Positions 24,501 through 38,720 of a stretch of DNA of 64,000 nucleotides are shown piece by piece (positions within the stretch are counted from its first letter, which is position 1; every line of letters begins with the position of its first letter). A program made the translations under genes and the position numbers. The notes under the pieces are model-generated. The model was not told the DNA's origin. It did not search any database and worked only from the letters and a program-made list of their open reading frames with translations. Source of the DNA: Macrostomum hystrix (Eukaryota; Animalia; Platyhelminthes); the NCBI GenBank assembly GCA_950097015.1, contig CATNEN010000003.1:10602001-10666000 (forward strand), given 5' to 3'.

Positions 24501-27500
24501 AAGAAAAAAATAATACGAGTATTTGCTATAGTAGTGGCAGGTGTTGTAGGCACCAGCACCAGGAATCGAGCTCAATGACTTTGCGGTGCGAGAATCGAAC
24601 AATTTATCGATCGATGCATTTTTCTCCTCTTTTTTAACATCCAGGAAAGTGGGCCTGCCTTGGCTGTACCACTCCAATCCTGCTAGTCTGCTCACTAACG
24701 AAGGAGTCACGACTCAGTTCACCAGGCTGAGCACAATCGCCTTCCAGGCTGCAGTTTACACTCAGAACGGCACTTTCATGGGCTACAAGGCGCTCACGCA
24801 GGGGCTGATCCAGCTGTGCCCGAATTCAAGAAGCGAAGTCAACGCGGCCTACGCATTTGGAACTAGATATTCGAGCTCGGTAAGACTTTTTAAAGCACCT
24901 CGCAGTGTTTTAAATTGGACAGGTAGCAAATGTTCGTAGGTAGAATTGCAGCTAGAATCGGAGCTAGAATCGGAGGTAGAATCGCAGCTAGAATCGGAGC
25001 TAGAATCGGAGCTAGAATCGGAGCTAGAATCGTAGTTAGAATCGCAGCTAGAATAGCAGTTAGATTTGTTGCTAGAATGCGATTAGCAAAGCAAAACAGA
25101 AAATAAAATATAAAAACATTTCAGTGCAACCTTCTAGTTGACGACTTATTTGACCAAGCCAAGCACCCGCTGCTTTTCTACGATATCTGTGAGTGATTTT
25201 CCTCATAGAACTTCTGACCTAGTAGTGACCGAAGCAAAGTGACCATAAAGTAAAAATTCGAACCTTAAGTGAGGATCAAAGTGACAGAATTGGGATCAAA
25301 GTGACAGAATTGGGATCAAAGTGACAGAATTGGGATCAAAGTGACAGAATTGGGATCAAAGTGACAGAATTGGGATCAAAGTGACAGAATTGGGATCAAA
25401 GTGACAGAATTGGGATCAAAGTAACGGAGTTGGGATCAAAGTGACAGAATTGGGATCAAAGTGATAGAATTGGGATCAAATTGATAGAATTGGGATCAAA
25501 GTGACAGAATTGGGATCAAAGTGACAGAATTGGGATCAAAGTGACAGAATTGGGATCAAAGTGACAGAATTGGGATCAAAGTGATAGAATTGGGATCAAA
25601 GTGATAGAATTGGGATCAAAGTGATGGTATTGGGATCAAAGTAACGGACTTGGGATCAAAGTGATAGAATTGGGATCAAAGTGACAGAATTGGGATCAAA
25701 GTGATAGAATTGGGATCAAAGTGATAGAATTGGGATCAAAGTAACGGAGTTGGGATCAAAGTGACAGAATTGGGATCAAAGTGATAGAATTGGGATCAAA
25801 TTGATAGAATTGGGATCAAAGTGACAGAATTGGGATCAAAGTGACAGAATTGGGATCAAAGTGACAGAATTGGGATCAAAGTGACAGAATTGGGATCAAA
25901 GTGACAGAATTGGGATCAAAGTAACGGACTTGGGATCAAAGTGACAGAATTGGGATCAAAGTGACAGAATTGGGATCAAAGTGACAGAATTGGGATCAAA
26001 GTAACGGAGTTGGGATCAAAGTGACAGAATTGGGATCAAAGTAGCAGAAGTTACCCTAAAGTCACAGACGTGTCCCTGAAGTGACTTCCGCCCGCATTCG
26101 CCAGACCTGAAGATCACCTCAGACGGCGGCACGGAGCAACTATTTCCCGTCCCCGTCAAGATCAGCAACCTGCGCGATAGGTCAAACAACTTCCCTAACC
26201 AAGGCAGCAATACCAACGATTACTTCCTGACTAGACGGTTTTTCCTAGTCGACAACGTCGGCGCGGTGGAAACGCTCAATTCTAGACCTAGATTTGTTCG
26301 CTACGCCAGCAAAATGCAATTCGACATCACCCTATTGAGCAGAGATGTCTACAGCACCAATGGCCGAATCTATCCGCCTGTGCTGACAATCGAGTACTCG
26401 GACGTTGACATCAATCAATATGGCACCGGCGCTGCAGCACCTGCGACATTCAATGTGGCCTATTACTCCGACCTGGCCACATTTTGGGAGGCTCTGAAGA
26501 TCACAATGGGCGTCCTTTCCGGTCTGGCCGCATTGTACGCCATCTTCAGATCCATCGCTTACAAGAGTCGCAGCGGCGGAGAAAATTTTGAGGCAACTAT
26601 TATTTTGCACTTTATTGCATTCGCCTGTTCGGCTATCGCCAATGTGTTTCTCATTGTCATCTACGGAGCTTCCGTTTGGTACTTCTCTGTTTATAAGGTA
26701 AATTTTCAAAAATATTTGCTGCTTACTTTGCGAATTGATTTCATAGAAATAGAAATTACAGATAGGATGTTGATTATTATGGAGTGTCACAGATCATTGT
26801 GGATGATTATGGAGTGTCACAGATCATTGTGGATGATTATGGAGTGTCACAGATCATTGTGGATTATTGGGTGTGTTACAGATCATTGTGGATTATTGGG
26901 TGTGTTACAGATCATTGTGGATGATTTGGGTGTGTCACAGATCATTGTGGATGATTGGGTGTGTTACAGATCATTGTGGATGATTTGGGAGTGTCACAGA
27001 TCATTGTGGATTATTGGGTGTGTTACAGATCATTGTGGATGATTTGGGTGTGTCACAGATCATTGTGGATGATTGGGTGTGTCACAGATCATTGTGGATG
27101 ATTTGGGTGTGTCACAGATCATTGTGGATGATTTGGGTGTGTTACAGATCATTGTGGATGATTTGGGTGTGTCACAGATCATTGTGGATGATTGGGTGTG
27201 TCACAGATCATTGTGGATGATTTGGGTGTGTCACAGATCATTGTGGATGATTGGGTGTGTCACAGATCATTGTGGATTATTGGGTGTGTTACAGATCATT
27301 GTGGATGATTTGGGTGTGTCACAGATCATTGTGGATGATTGGGTGTGTCACAGATCATTGTGGATTATTGGGTGTGTTACAGATCATTGTGGATGATTTG
27401 GGTGTGTCACAGATGATTGTGGATGATTGGGTGTGTCACAGATCATTGTGGATTATTGGGTGTGTTACAGATCATTGTGGATGATTTGGGTGTGTCACAG

Positions 27501-30500
27501 ATGATTGTGGATGATTGGGTGTGTCACAGATCATTGTGGATTATTGGGTGTGTTACAGATCATTGTGGATGATTTGGGTGTGTCACAGATCATTGTGGAT
27601 GATTTGGGTGTGTCACAGATCATTGTGGATGATTGGGTGTGTCACAGATCATTGTGGATGATTTGGGTGTGTCACAGATCATTGTGGATTATTGGGTGTG
27701 TTACAGATCATTGTGGATGATTTGGGTGTGTCACAGATCATTGTGGATGATTTGGGTGTGTCACAGATCATTGTGGATTATTGGGTGTGTTACAGATCAT
27801 TGTGGATGATTTGGGTGTGTCACAGATGATTGTGGATGATTGGGTGTGTCACAGATCATTGTGGATTATTGGGTGTGTTACAGATCATTGTGGATGATTT
27901 GGGTGTGTCACAGATGATTGTGGATGATTGGGTGTGTCACAGATCATTGTGGATTATTGGGTGTGTTACAGATCATTGTGGATGATTTGGGTGTGTCACA
28001 GATCATTGTGGATGATTTGGGTGTGTCACAGATCATTGTGGATTATTGGGTGTGTTACAGATCATTGTGGATGATTTGGGTGTGTCACAGATCATTGTGG
28101 ATGATTTGGGTGTGTCACAGATCATTGTGGATGATTTGGGTGTGTCACAGATCATTGTGGATTATTGGGTGTGTTACAGATCATTGTGGATGATTGGGTG
28201 TGTCACAGATCATTGTGGATGATTTGGGTGTGTCACAGATCATTGTGGATTATTGGGTGTGTTACAGATCATTGTGGATGATTTGGGTGTGTCACAGATC
28301 ATTGTGGATGATTTGGGTGTGTCACAGATCATTGTGGATGATTTGGGTGTGTCACAGATCATTGTGGATGATTTGGGTGTGTTACAGATCATTGTGGATG
28401 ATTTGGGTGTGTCACAGATCATTGTGGATGATTGGGTGTGTCACAGATCATTGTGGATGATTTGGGTGTGTCACAGATCATTGTGGATGATTGGGTGTGT
28501 CACAGATCATTGTGGATGATTTGGGTGTGTCACAGATCATTGTGGATGATTTGGGTGTGTTACAGATCATTGTGGATGATTTGGGTGTGTCACAGATCAT
28601 TGTGGATGATTGGGTGTGTCACAGATCATTGTGGATGATTTGGGTGTGTCACAGATCATTGTGGATGATTATGGAGTGTCACAGATCATTGTGGATTATT
28701 GGGTGTGTTACAGATCATTGTGGATTATTGGGTGTGTTACAGATCATTGTGGATGATTTGGGTGTGTCACAGATCATTGTGGATGATTGGGTGTGTTACA
28801 GATCATTGTGGATGATTTGGGAGTGTCACAGATCATTGTGGATTATTGGGTGTGTTACAGATCATTGTGGATGATTTGGGTGTGTCACAGATCATTGTGG
28901 ATGATTGGGTGTGTCACAGATCATTGTGGATGATTTGGGTGTGTCACAGATCATTGTGGATGATTTGGGTGTGTTACAGATCATTGTGGATGATTTGGGT
29001 GTGTCACAGATCATTGTGGATGATTGGGTGTGTCACAGATCATTGTGGATGATTTGGGTGTGTCACAGATCATTGTGGATGATTGGGTGTGTCACAGATC
29101 ATTGTGGATTATTGGGTGTGTTACAGATCATTGTGGATGATTTGGGTGTGTCACAGATCATTGTGGATGATTGGGTGTGTCACAGATCATTGTGGATTAT
29201 TGGGTGTGTTACAGATCATTGTGGATGATTTGGGTGTGTCACAGATGATTGTGGATGATTGGGTGTGTCACAGATCATTGTGGATTATTGGGTGTGTTAC
29301 AGATCATTGTGGATGATTTGGGTGTGTCACAGATGATTGTGGATGATTGGGTGTGTCACAGATCATTGTGGATTATTGGGTGTGTTACAGATCATTGTGG
29401 ATGATTTGGGTGTGTCACAGATCATTGTGGATGATTTGGGTGTGTCACAGATCATTGTGGATGATTGGGTGTGTCACAGATCATTGTGGATGATTTGGGT
29501 GTGTCACAGATCATTGTGGATTATTGGGTGTGTTACAGATCATTGTGGATGATTTGGGTGTGTCACAGATCATTGTGGATGATTTGGGTGTGTCACAGAT
29601 CATTGTGGATTATTGGGTGTGTTACAGATCATTGTGGATGATTTGGGTGTGTCACAGATGATTGTGGATGATTGGGTGTGTCACAGATCATTGTGGATTA
29701 TTGGGTGTGTTACAGATCATTGTGGATGATTTGGGTGTGTCACAGATCATTGTGGATGATTGGGTGTGTCACAGATCATTGTGGATTATTGGGTGTGTTA
29801 CAGATCATTGTGGATGATTTGGGTGTGTCACAGATCATTGTGGATGATTTGGGTGTGTCACAGATCATTGTGGATTATTGGGTGTGTTACAGATCATTGT
29901 GGATGATTTGGGTGTGTCACAGATCATTGTGGATGATTTGGGTGTGTCACAGATCATTGTGGATGATTTGGGTGTGTCACAGATCATTGTGGATTATTGG
30001 GTGTGTTACAGATCATTGTGGATGATTGGGTGTGTCACAGATCATTGTGGATGATTTGGGTGTGTCACAGATCATTGTGGATTATTGGGTGTGTTACAGA
30101 TCATTGTGGATGATTTGGGTGTGTCACAGATCATTGTGGATGATTTGGGTGTGTCACAGATCATTGTGGATTATTGGGTGTGTTACAGATCATTGTGGAT
30201 GATTTTGGTGTGTCACAGATCATTGTGGATGATTTGGGTGTGTCACAGATCATTGTGGATGGTTTGGGTGTGTCACAGATCATTGTGGATGATTTGGGTG
30301 TGTCACAGATCATTGTGGATGATTTGGGTGTGTCACAGATCATTGTGGATGGTTTGGGTGTGTCACAGATCATTGTGGATGATTTGGGTGTGTCACAGAT
30401 CATTGTGGATGATTTGGGTGTGTCACAGATCATTGTGGATGATTTGGGTGTGTCACAGATCATTGTGGATGATTTGGGTGTGTCACAGATCATTGTGGAT

Positions 30501-33500
30501 GATTTGGGTGTGTCACAGATCATTGTGGATGGTTTGGGTGTGTCACAGATCATTGTGGATGATTTGGGTGTGTCACAGATCATTGTGGATGATTTGGGTG
30601 TGTCACAGATCATTGTGGATGATTTGGGTGTGTCACAGATCATTGTGGATTATTGGGTGTGTTACAGATCATTGTGGATGATTTGGGTGTGTCACAGATG
30701 ATTGTGGATGATTGGGTGTGTCACAGATCATTGTGGATTATTGGGTGTGTTACAGATCATTGTGGATGATTTGGGTGTGTCACAGATGATTGTGGATGAT
30801 TGGGTGTGTCACAGATCATTGTGGATTATTGGGTGTGTTACAGATCATTGTGGATGATTTGGGTGTGTCACAGATCATTGTGGATGATTTGGGTGTGTCA
30901 CAGATCATTGTGGATTATTGGGTGTGTTACAGATCATTGTGGATGATTTGGGTGTGTCACAGATCATTGTGGATGATTTGGGTGTGTCACAGATCATTGT
31001 GGATGATTTGGGTGTGTCACAGATCATTGTGGATTATTGGGTGTGTTACAGATCATTGTGGATGATTTTGCTGTGTCACAGATCATTGTGGATGATTTGG
31101 GTGTGTCACAGATCATTGTGGATTATTGGGTGTGTTACAGATCATTGTGGATGATTTGGGTGTGTCACAGATCATTGTGGATGATTTGGGTGTGTCACAG
31201 ATCATTGTGGATTATTGGGTGTGTTACAGATCATTGTGGATGATTTTGGTGTGTCACAGATCATTGTGGATGATTTGGGTGTGTCACAGATCATTGTGGA
31301 TGGTTTGGGTGTGTCACAGATCATTGTGGATGATTTGGGTGTGTCACAGATCATTGTGGATGATTTGGGTGTGTCACAGATCATTGTGGATGGTTTGGGT
31401 GTGTCACAGATCATTGTGGATGATTTGGGTGTGTCACAGATCATTGTGGATGATTTGGGTGTGTCACAGATCATTGTGGATGATTTGGGTGTGTCACAGA
31501 TCATTGTGGATTATTGGGTGTGTTACAGATCATTGTGGATGATTTTGGTGTGTCACAGATCATTGTGGATGATTTGGGTGTGTCACAGATCATTGTGGAT
31601 GGTTTGGGTGTGTCACAGATCATTGTGGATGATTTGGGTGTGTCACAGATCATTGTGGATGATTTGGGTGTGTCACAGATCATTGTGGATGGTTTGGGTG
31701 TGTCACAGATCATTGTGGATGATTTGGGTGTGTCACAGATCATTGTGGATGATTGGGTGTGTCACAGATCATTGTGGATTATTGGGTGTGTTACAGATCA
31801 TTGTGGATGATTTGGGTGTGTCACAGATCATTGTGGATGATTGGGTGTGTCACAGATCATTGTGGATTATTGGGTGTGTTACAGATCATTGTGGATGATT
31901 TGGGTGTGTCACAGATCATTGTGGATGATTGGGTGTGTCACAGATCATTGTGGATTATTGGGTGTGTTACAGATCATTGTGGATGATTTGGGTGTGTCAC
32001 AGATGATTGTGGATGATTGGGTGTGTCACAGATCATTGTGGATTATTGGGTGTGTTACAGATCATTGTGGATGATTTGGGTGTGTCACAGATCATTGTGG
32101 ATGATTTGGGTGTGTCACAGATCATTGTGGATGATTGGGTGTGTCACAGATCATTGTGGATGATTTGGGTGTGTCACAGATCATTGTGGATGATTGGGTG
32201 TGTCACAGATCATTGTGGATTATTGGGTGTGTTACAGATCATTGTGGATGATTTGGGTGTGTCACAGATCATTGTGGATGATTGGGTGTGTCACAGATCA
32301 TTGTGGATTATTGGGTGTGTTACAGATCATTGTGGATGATTTTGGTGTGTCACAGATCATTGTGGATGATTTGGGTGTGTCACAGATCATTGTGGATGAT
32401 TTTGGTGTGTCACAGATCATTGTGGATGATTTGGGTGTGTCACAGATCATTGTGGATGATTGGGTGTGTCACAGATCATTGTGGATGATTTGGGTGTGTC
32501 ACAGATCATTGTGGATGATTGGGTGTGTCACAGATCATTGTGGATTATTGGGTGTGTTACAGATCATTGTGGATGATTTGGGTGTGTCACAGATCATTGT
32601 GGATGATTGGGTGTGTCACAGATCATTGTGGATTATTGGGTGTGTTACAGATCATTGTGGATGATTTGGGTGTGTCACAGATGATTGTGGATGATTGGGT
32701 GTGTCACAGATCATTGTGGATTATTGGGTGTGTTACAGATCATTGTGGATGATTTGGGTGTGTCACAGATGATTGTGGATGATTGGGTGTGTCACAGATC
32801 ATTGTGGATTATTGGGTGTGTTACAGATCATTGTGGATGATTTGGGTGTGTCACAGATCATTGTGGATGATTTGGGTGTGTCACAGATCATTGTGGATTA
32901 TTGGGTGTGTTACAGATCATTGTGGATGATTTGGGTGTGTCACAGATCATTGTGGATGATTTGGGTGTGTCACAGATCATTGTGGATGATTTGGGTGTGT
33001 CACAGATCATTGTGGATTATTGGGTGTGTTACAGATCATTGTGGATGATTTTGGTGTGTCACAGATCATTGTGGATGATTTGGGTGTGTCACAGATCATT
33101 GTGGATTATTGGGTGTGTTACAGATCATTGTGGATGATTTGGGTGTGTCACAGATCATTGTGGATGATTTGGGTGTGTCACAGATCATTGTGGATTATTG
33201 GGTGTGTTACAGATCATTGTGGATGATTTTGGTGTGTCACAGATCATTGTGGATGATTTGGGTGTGTCACAGATCATTGTGGATGGTTTGGGTGTGTCAC
33301 AGATCATTGTGGATGATTTGGGTGTGTCACAGATCATTGTGGATGATTTGGGTGTGTCACAGATCATTGTGGATGGTTTGGGTGTGTCACAGATCATTGT
33401 GGATGATTTGGGTGTGTCACAGATCATTGTGGATGATTTGGGTGTGTCACAGATCATTGTGGATGATTTGGGTGTGTCACAGATCATTGTGGATTATTGG

Positions 33501-36500
33501 GTGTGTTACAGATCATTGTGGATGATTTTGGTGTGTCACAGATCATTGTGGATGATTTGGGTGTGTCACAGATCATTGTGGATGGTTTGGGTGTGTCACA
33601 GATCATTGTGGATGATTTGGGTGTGTCACAGATCATTGTGGATGATTTGGGTGTGTCACAGATCATTGTGGATGGTTTGGGTGTGTCACAGATCATTGTG
33701 GATGATTTGGGTGTGTCACAGATCATTGTGGATGATTTGGGTGTGTCACAGATCATTGTGGATGATTTGGGTGTGTCACAGATCATTGTGGATGATTTGG
33801 GTGTGTCACAGATCATTGTGGATGATTATGGAGTGTCACAGATCATTGTGGATGGTTTGGGTGTGTCACAGATCATTGTGGATGATTTGGGTGTGTCACA
33901 GATCATTGTGGATTATTGGGTGTGTTACAGATCATTGTGGATGATTTGGGTGTGTCACAGATCATTGTGGATGATTGGGTGTGTCACAGATCATTGTGGA
34001 TGATTATGGAGTGTCACAGATCATTGTGGATGGTTTGGGTGTGTCACAGATCATTGTGGATGATTTGGGTGTGTCACAGATCATTGTGGATGATTTGGGT
34101 GTGTCACAGATCATTGTGGATGGTTTGGGTGTGTCACAGATCATTGTGGATGATTTGGGTGTGTCACAGATCATTGTGGATGATTATGGAGTGTCACAGA
34201 TCATTGTGGATGCTTTGGGTATCACAGATAATTGTTGATGGTTTGGGTGTGTCACAGATTATTGTGGATGATTATGGAGTGTCACAGATCATTGTGGATG
34301 GTTTTGGTGTGTCATAGATAATTGTGGATGGTTTGGGTGTGTCATAGATCATTGTGGATGATTTGGGTGTGTCACAGATCATTGTGGATGATTTGGGTGT
34401 GTCACAGATCATTGTGGATGATTTGGGTGTGTCACAGATTATTGTGGATGATTATGGAGTGTCACAGATCATTGTGGATGGTTTGGGTGTGTCACAGATC
34501 ATTGTGGATGATTTGGGTGTGTCACAGATCATTGTGGATTATTGGGTGTGTCATAGATCATTGTGGATGGTTTGGGTTTGTTACAGATTTCGAAAAACTT
34601 TCGAAAACACAGTAGGTTTCGTGCACAAGTTCAAGTTTTGGACCGGCATCTTAACTGAAAATCGCCCGCTACAAATTTCTCTTGCAGAACCAGAACATCT
34701 TTGCCTTCTTCATCCCGACTGAGTCTCAGGAGACCAACCTGATTGTTTACATCGCAGTGGCTGGTTCTCTGAAGCTAATTGAGCTGATCTACATGATCAT
34801 CACTCAGACTCACATCGACATCTTCATGATCGACTGGGAGAAGCCGAAAGCCGACTCTGGCGCTGTTTCGATGCCCGGCCGGGACGAAGTAAAGTCGGCT
34901 GGTCGCGGGGAGGTCACGTACTGGCGCACCATTCTCATTGCGAACGAGTGGAACGAAATTCAGACGCATCGGAAAACCAACCGCACCTTCACCCTGCTCA
35001 TTGTGCTGTTCTTCATGAGCGTGCTGGGCTTTGAGAACTATGCCTCGGGTGATCCGCAGTTGTCTCGCTTTGTCGTCGCGGACGAGTATCGATCCAGCAA
35101 CGTAACAATTTTCCGTTTCTGCCTGGCAATGTCCGTCTTTATTGGCGTCGGCGGAGTTCAATGGCTGTGGACTCTCCTGATTCACGAGCGCTTCATTGAG
35201 GACAAGCTGCGCAATTTCGTTGACCTGTGCTCAATCTCAAACGTGTCCGTATTTATTCGTTCGCCACGATCGTTCGGCTATTATATTCACGGCGAGAGTC
35301 CGCACGGCACAGCCGACGTTGGCATATCTCAGCTGCACAACCAGTTTGAGAAGGAAAAGGTAGGACTGCGGCGAAACAGTGCATTCCGTAGATATGTGCC
35401 CGGTTTGCTTGACCATAAGAGTCGTGATAAGCCCATAAGGGCTGCGGGCAACGGCACGCCATTTATTGACGCTGGACCCGCAGCCAGCGAGGAGGCAATT
35501 CTGCCCTTCCGCTGACTCCTGAGCACACACTCACACAGATACTGTACGCAGGCACACGCTCACACAGTTGTATACATCTGCCCTGACTTTCTCATCGTCA
35601 GGCAGTGTACACTCTCACTGTGCCTTGGAGGTTGGCCCTCAAGGGCGTAAATTGCACCCAAAGCCTTCTCACCCAAAGCCGCACTGCACCCCAAAATGTG
35701 GCCTCGCCGTGGAATCGAACTTAGGGACCGTGGTGCGAGAGGCAAACGCGATAACCGCTCTGCCACCGAGCCACCTAAGATCCTCATGATGAGCAGTGGT
35801 CATTCTCCCAGATCTTCATGATCAGATTCTCACTTCAATCGGTCTCTCTCATATTTCATTCCATCCCTAGAACAGTGATATTAGGTGAATACAAATCAAT
35901 GAAATCTATTTTTAACCGCGCAAGGAGTAAATTGCACGACAAGCCCCGTGGAATCGAGTTTAGGGACCTTGGCGCGAAAGGCGAACGTGTTAACCGCTCT
36001 GCCACTCACCCCCCAGTAGTGATCTAACATTTGTTGGAGGTTGGTGAGTGGCAGAGCGGTCTAACTTGACTGGCACTCGCACCAAGGTCCCTGAGCTCGA
36101 TTCCGCGGTTAGGCCACATTTTTTGCGGGGCACATACGCGGCGAGAAGGCTTGGAGGCGACCAGAATGGGTAGTATCGTATCTGAGGCTTCTCAGCCAGG
36201 GTAATGATTGTCCTTTCATGCTTGCTGAAGTAAATCAAATCCGTTGCTAACAACGCAACTACAGCAAAATGACTGCGGTCGGCGCGGCCTAGACAACTCG
36301 GACAACCAGACGTTCATGATGCGCCTGCCACCACGCTTCGTGGCCGTGTTCGACTCGCTCTACCGCAACCTGGTGGAGACCGGATCGGCCACCGGCGCCA
36401 ACGCCAAGCAGACAAAGCAGGCCCAGATCATTCAGAAGTATCACGAGATGAACAATTTTCTGTCGCGGTTCATTCATCGCAAACCAATGGAGGAATCCGA

Positions 36501-37250
36501 TGGAGGCCAGGGCTCTACACCGATTGAGACCTACACTACCAAGCCCAGAAAGTTCATGGAGGACGTGCTTGGCATGGAGCTTGGCGACAATGAGGCACTG
36601 AGGCAAGGAGGCATCTTCTATAGCGGTGAGTCCTCTGGCGGCTTTCTTTTCGCGATTCTCAGCTTATAATCATTTAATACTACTCGCAGGAGGGCTGCGG
36701 TTAATGGTACATCATTTGGTTATACTAGACCCGCAGCCAGCGAAGAGGCAATTCTGCCCATTTCGCTGACTCCTGAGCACACACGCACACAGATACCGTA
36801 CGCAGGAACACGCTCACACAGGTGTGTACATCTGCCCTGACTTTCTAATCGTCAAGCAGTGTACACTCTCACATTGTCGTGTACACTCTCACTCACTCAA
36901 CTAGTCTCACGTACGACTAGTTGTCGTGCTCATGGGTTAGGGGAATAGACGACGGGTCGACTTTTCTCAATTCGTGATTATTCTTCACTTCCATCTTCCC
37001 AAATGCCCCTGTGAAATCGCTTGCAGAGGATGGCACCTCATTTGGCGACATTCTGTTCTACGGCAACGAATTGTCGCTGATGACATTCGACCTACTGCTG
37101 TACTCCTGCGTGGATCTGATCTTTAAATCGACGCCGTTGAATGTCATTGTCACGTGGCTCATCGGCGAGCTGATCGACTTCCTGCGCCAGACTCTCGGCG
37201 AGATCAATCTTTCTAAGAAAACACTGACCAACCGACAGTTCCTCATCTGA
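21511..37250 (+). CDS. TMEM67: Meckelin (TMEM67/MKS3); exons ~21511-21688, 21781-21866, 21962-22152, 22256-22376, 22467-22631, 24005-24165, 24645-24879, 25125-25188, 26105-26697, 34688-35359, 36264-36625, 37027-37250
   Basis: Signal peptide and Cys-rich ectodomain; motifs NRTACQVLANACVL, LPWLY, LTRRFFLVD, DIFMIDWEKPK, WRTILIANEWNEIQT, FVDLCSISNVSVF, GYYIHGESPHG, CGRRGL and C-terminal NLSKKTLTNRQFLI. Confidence 0.97.
22667..23870. repeat. 16-bp minisatellite (CTAGAATCTCCTCAAT)n with a ~295-bp terminal duplication
   Basis: Period 16; unique tail at 23551-23673 repeated at 23846-23968. Confidence 0.95.
24250..24415 (+). mobile_element. SINE family A copy
   Basis: TAGCCTAGCGGTTAGAGCGTC...GGTTCGATTCC...TAGCAAGGCGCTTAA...GTCCATGGACTGAACAG. 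Confidence 0.75.
24940..25060. repeat. Short 12-bp tandem repeat (CTAGAATCGGAG)
   Basis: About 9 copies in a TMEM67 intron. Confidence 0.85.
25272..26050. repeat. 20-bp minisatellite (GTGACAGAATTGGGATCAAA)n
   Basis: Period 20; fills a TMEM67 intron. Confidence 0.95.
26770..34590. repeat. ~7.8-kb 29/30-bp satellite with higher-order duplications, TMEM67 intron
   Basis: (ACAGATCATTGTGGATGATTTGGGTGTGTC)n; identical pseudo-ORF patterns recur at offsets 1832 and 1983. Confidence 0.97.
35435..35775 (-). mobile_element. SINE family B, near full length
   Basis: Reverse complement of the 18203 copy plus tRNA head GGTGGCAGAGCGGTT...GTTCGATTCC. Confidence 0.82.
35925..36160. mobile_element. Two SINE-B 5' fragments in inverted, head-to-head orientation
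   Basis: CCGCTCTGCCACTCACC (~35994-36011) pairs with GGTGAGTGGCAGAGCGG (~36043-36059); flanks also complementary. Confidence 0.7.
36670..36890 (-). mobile_element. SINE family B 3' half
   Basis: GCAGGAGGGCTGCGG...CTAGACCCGCAGCCAGC...CTGACTCCTGAGCACAC. Confidence 0.8.
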
Positions 37251-38546
37251 GCGGAGCGTTCGCACAACGATTAAAAAACTTTTTTGAACAACTCACATTC
37301 TTCCGTCCTAAAAATGTTGTAACTACTTTTTAAATTAACAGATTTTCAACGCTAAGCTTCGATGTTAACCGGCCTATTAGGAGTTGTTGTTATTTTTAGA
37401 AAAATCGTGGGCAATCCTTGGATTCACCGCCCAGAGAACTGCCTGCCCTCCAACCAGAGCCAGAGACTTGGCTATTTATAGATTATTTATAAGAACAAAA
37501 ATACAGCCACCTCACGAACGGATCACGTGACTGAGGCTAAAGAGAGTTTGATAAGATGCAAATCTCATCAAGTTTTGCAGCTTCCGTTAAGCTCCTTCTA
37601 CATGTTTCGTATTAACTATGACTGTACCGCATGTAGCTGTCCATAAATCTCTTACTGTACTTTTTCACAAAAACAATGTTTGCAACTTTTTTACTAAAAT
37701 ACAAGCTAAGTAGTTACTCCTGTTTTAATTTAGTTTGCTTCTAGTAAAATTTATCTAACTATGCAGACTTTAGAGCCAAAAATATTATTGTCCGCATTCA
37801 ATTACTGTCACTTCTCTGGGTAAAACGTAGCCAACAATGTGTATGATTGCTTACGAAGTTTTTCTGTGTAAACGCGAAGAAACTTAGCGTAAATGACTAT
37901 TTTCTTATTTAGTCAACGTATATTTTGTCTGGATCTGTGTATGCACCAATTTAAGAAGGCCTACTGAAAGACAACATGTAAAATAAGTTCTATGTATCAC
38001 TGAAAAGTACGAAATAAAAGTACAGATGCTGTGCATCTGACAAATTTGTTATGCAAAGCACAATTATGCTTTCACGCTATTTTTAAAATGCTTTTGCATG
38101 TCACATGTTTAGTCTATGGGCTGTCGGGTCGCAACACCAACGCATAATTTAAACACAACCTTAAACAAGTAGCTTCGATTGTGTATGAAGTCTTTAAGCT
38201 GCGATTCGAACTCACGACCTTTCATGCAGTAGATCAGAGCTATTGCCAACCAGAATTTAATTGAAGTCGCTAAAAATATAATTATATTTGTCAGCCCAAT
38301 GGCAATCTAATGGTACACGTTAGTCTACGTTAAAGAGAAAGTCTTAGATATAGTTAGCATAAATGTACATCGCCTTATCTTATCAAACAGTTTCACAGTT
38401 GTTCATATTTAAGGCCAAGATATATTATGAACATTTTGCATAAAGATTCAAAGCTTTCATAGCTTCTAAACATTTACGAACACACTGCAAGCGTGGATAT
38501 ATTCAAGCATAAATAATTTACATATCGCAACTTTTAATCCGATTAC

Positions 38547-38641
38547 ATGGCATATATATTGCATCTCCACCTGCTATTTGTGAGCATATTAGTGACTTTG
38601 GTTAACAGCCAACAGGTCAGTTATCTATCTATCTATCTATC

Positions 38642-38720
<79 letters not shown>

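Noticed and set aside
26770-34590. Dozens of repetitive ORFs (GVSQIIVDDL, WVCHRSLWMI)
   Set aside because: Translations of an intronic satellite between in-phase TMEM67 exons
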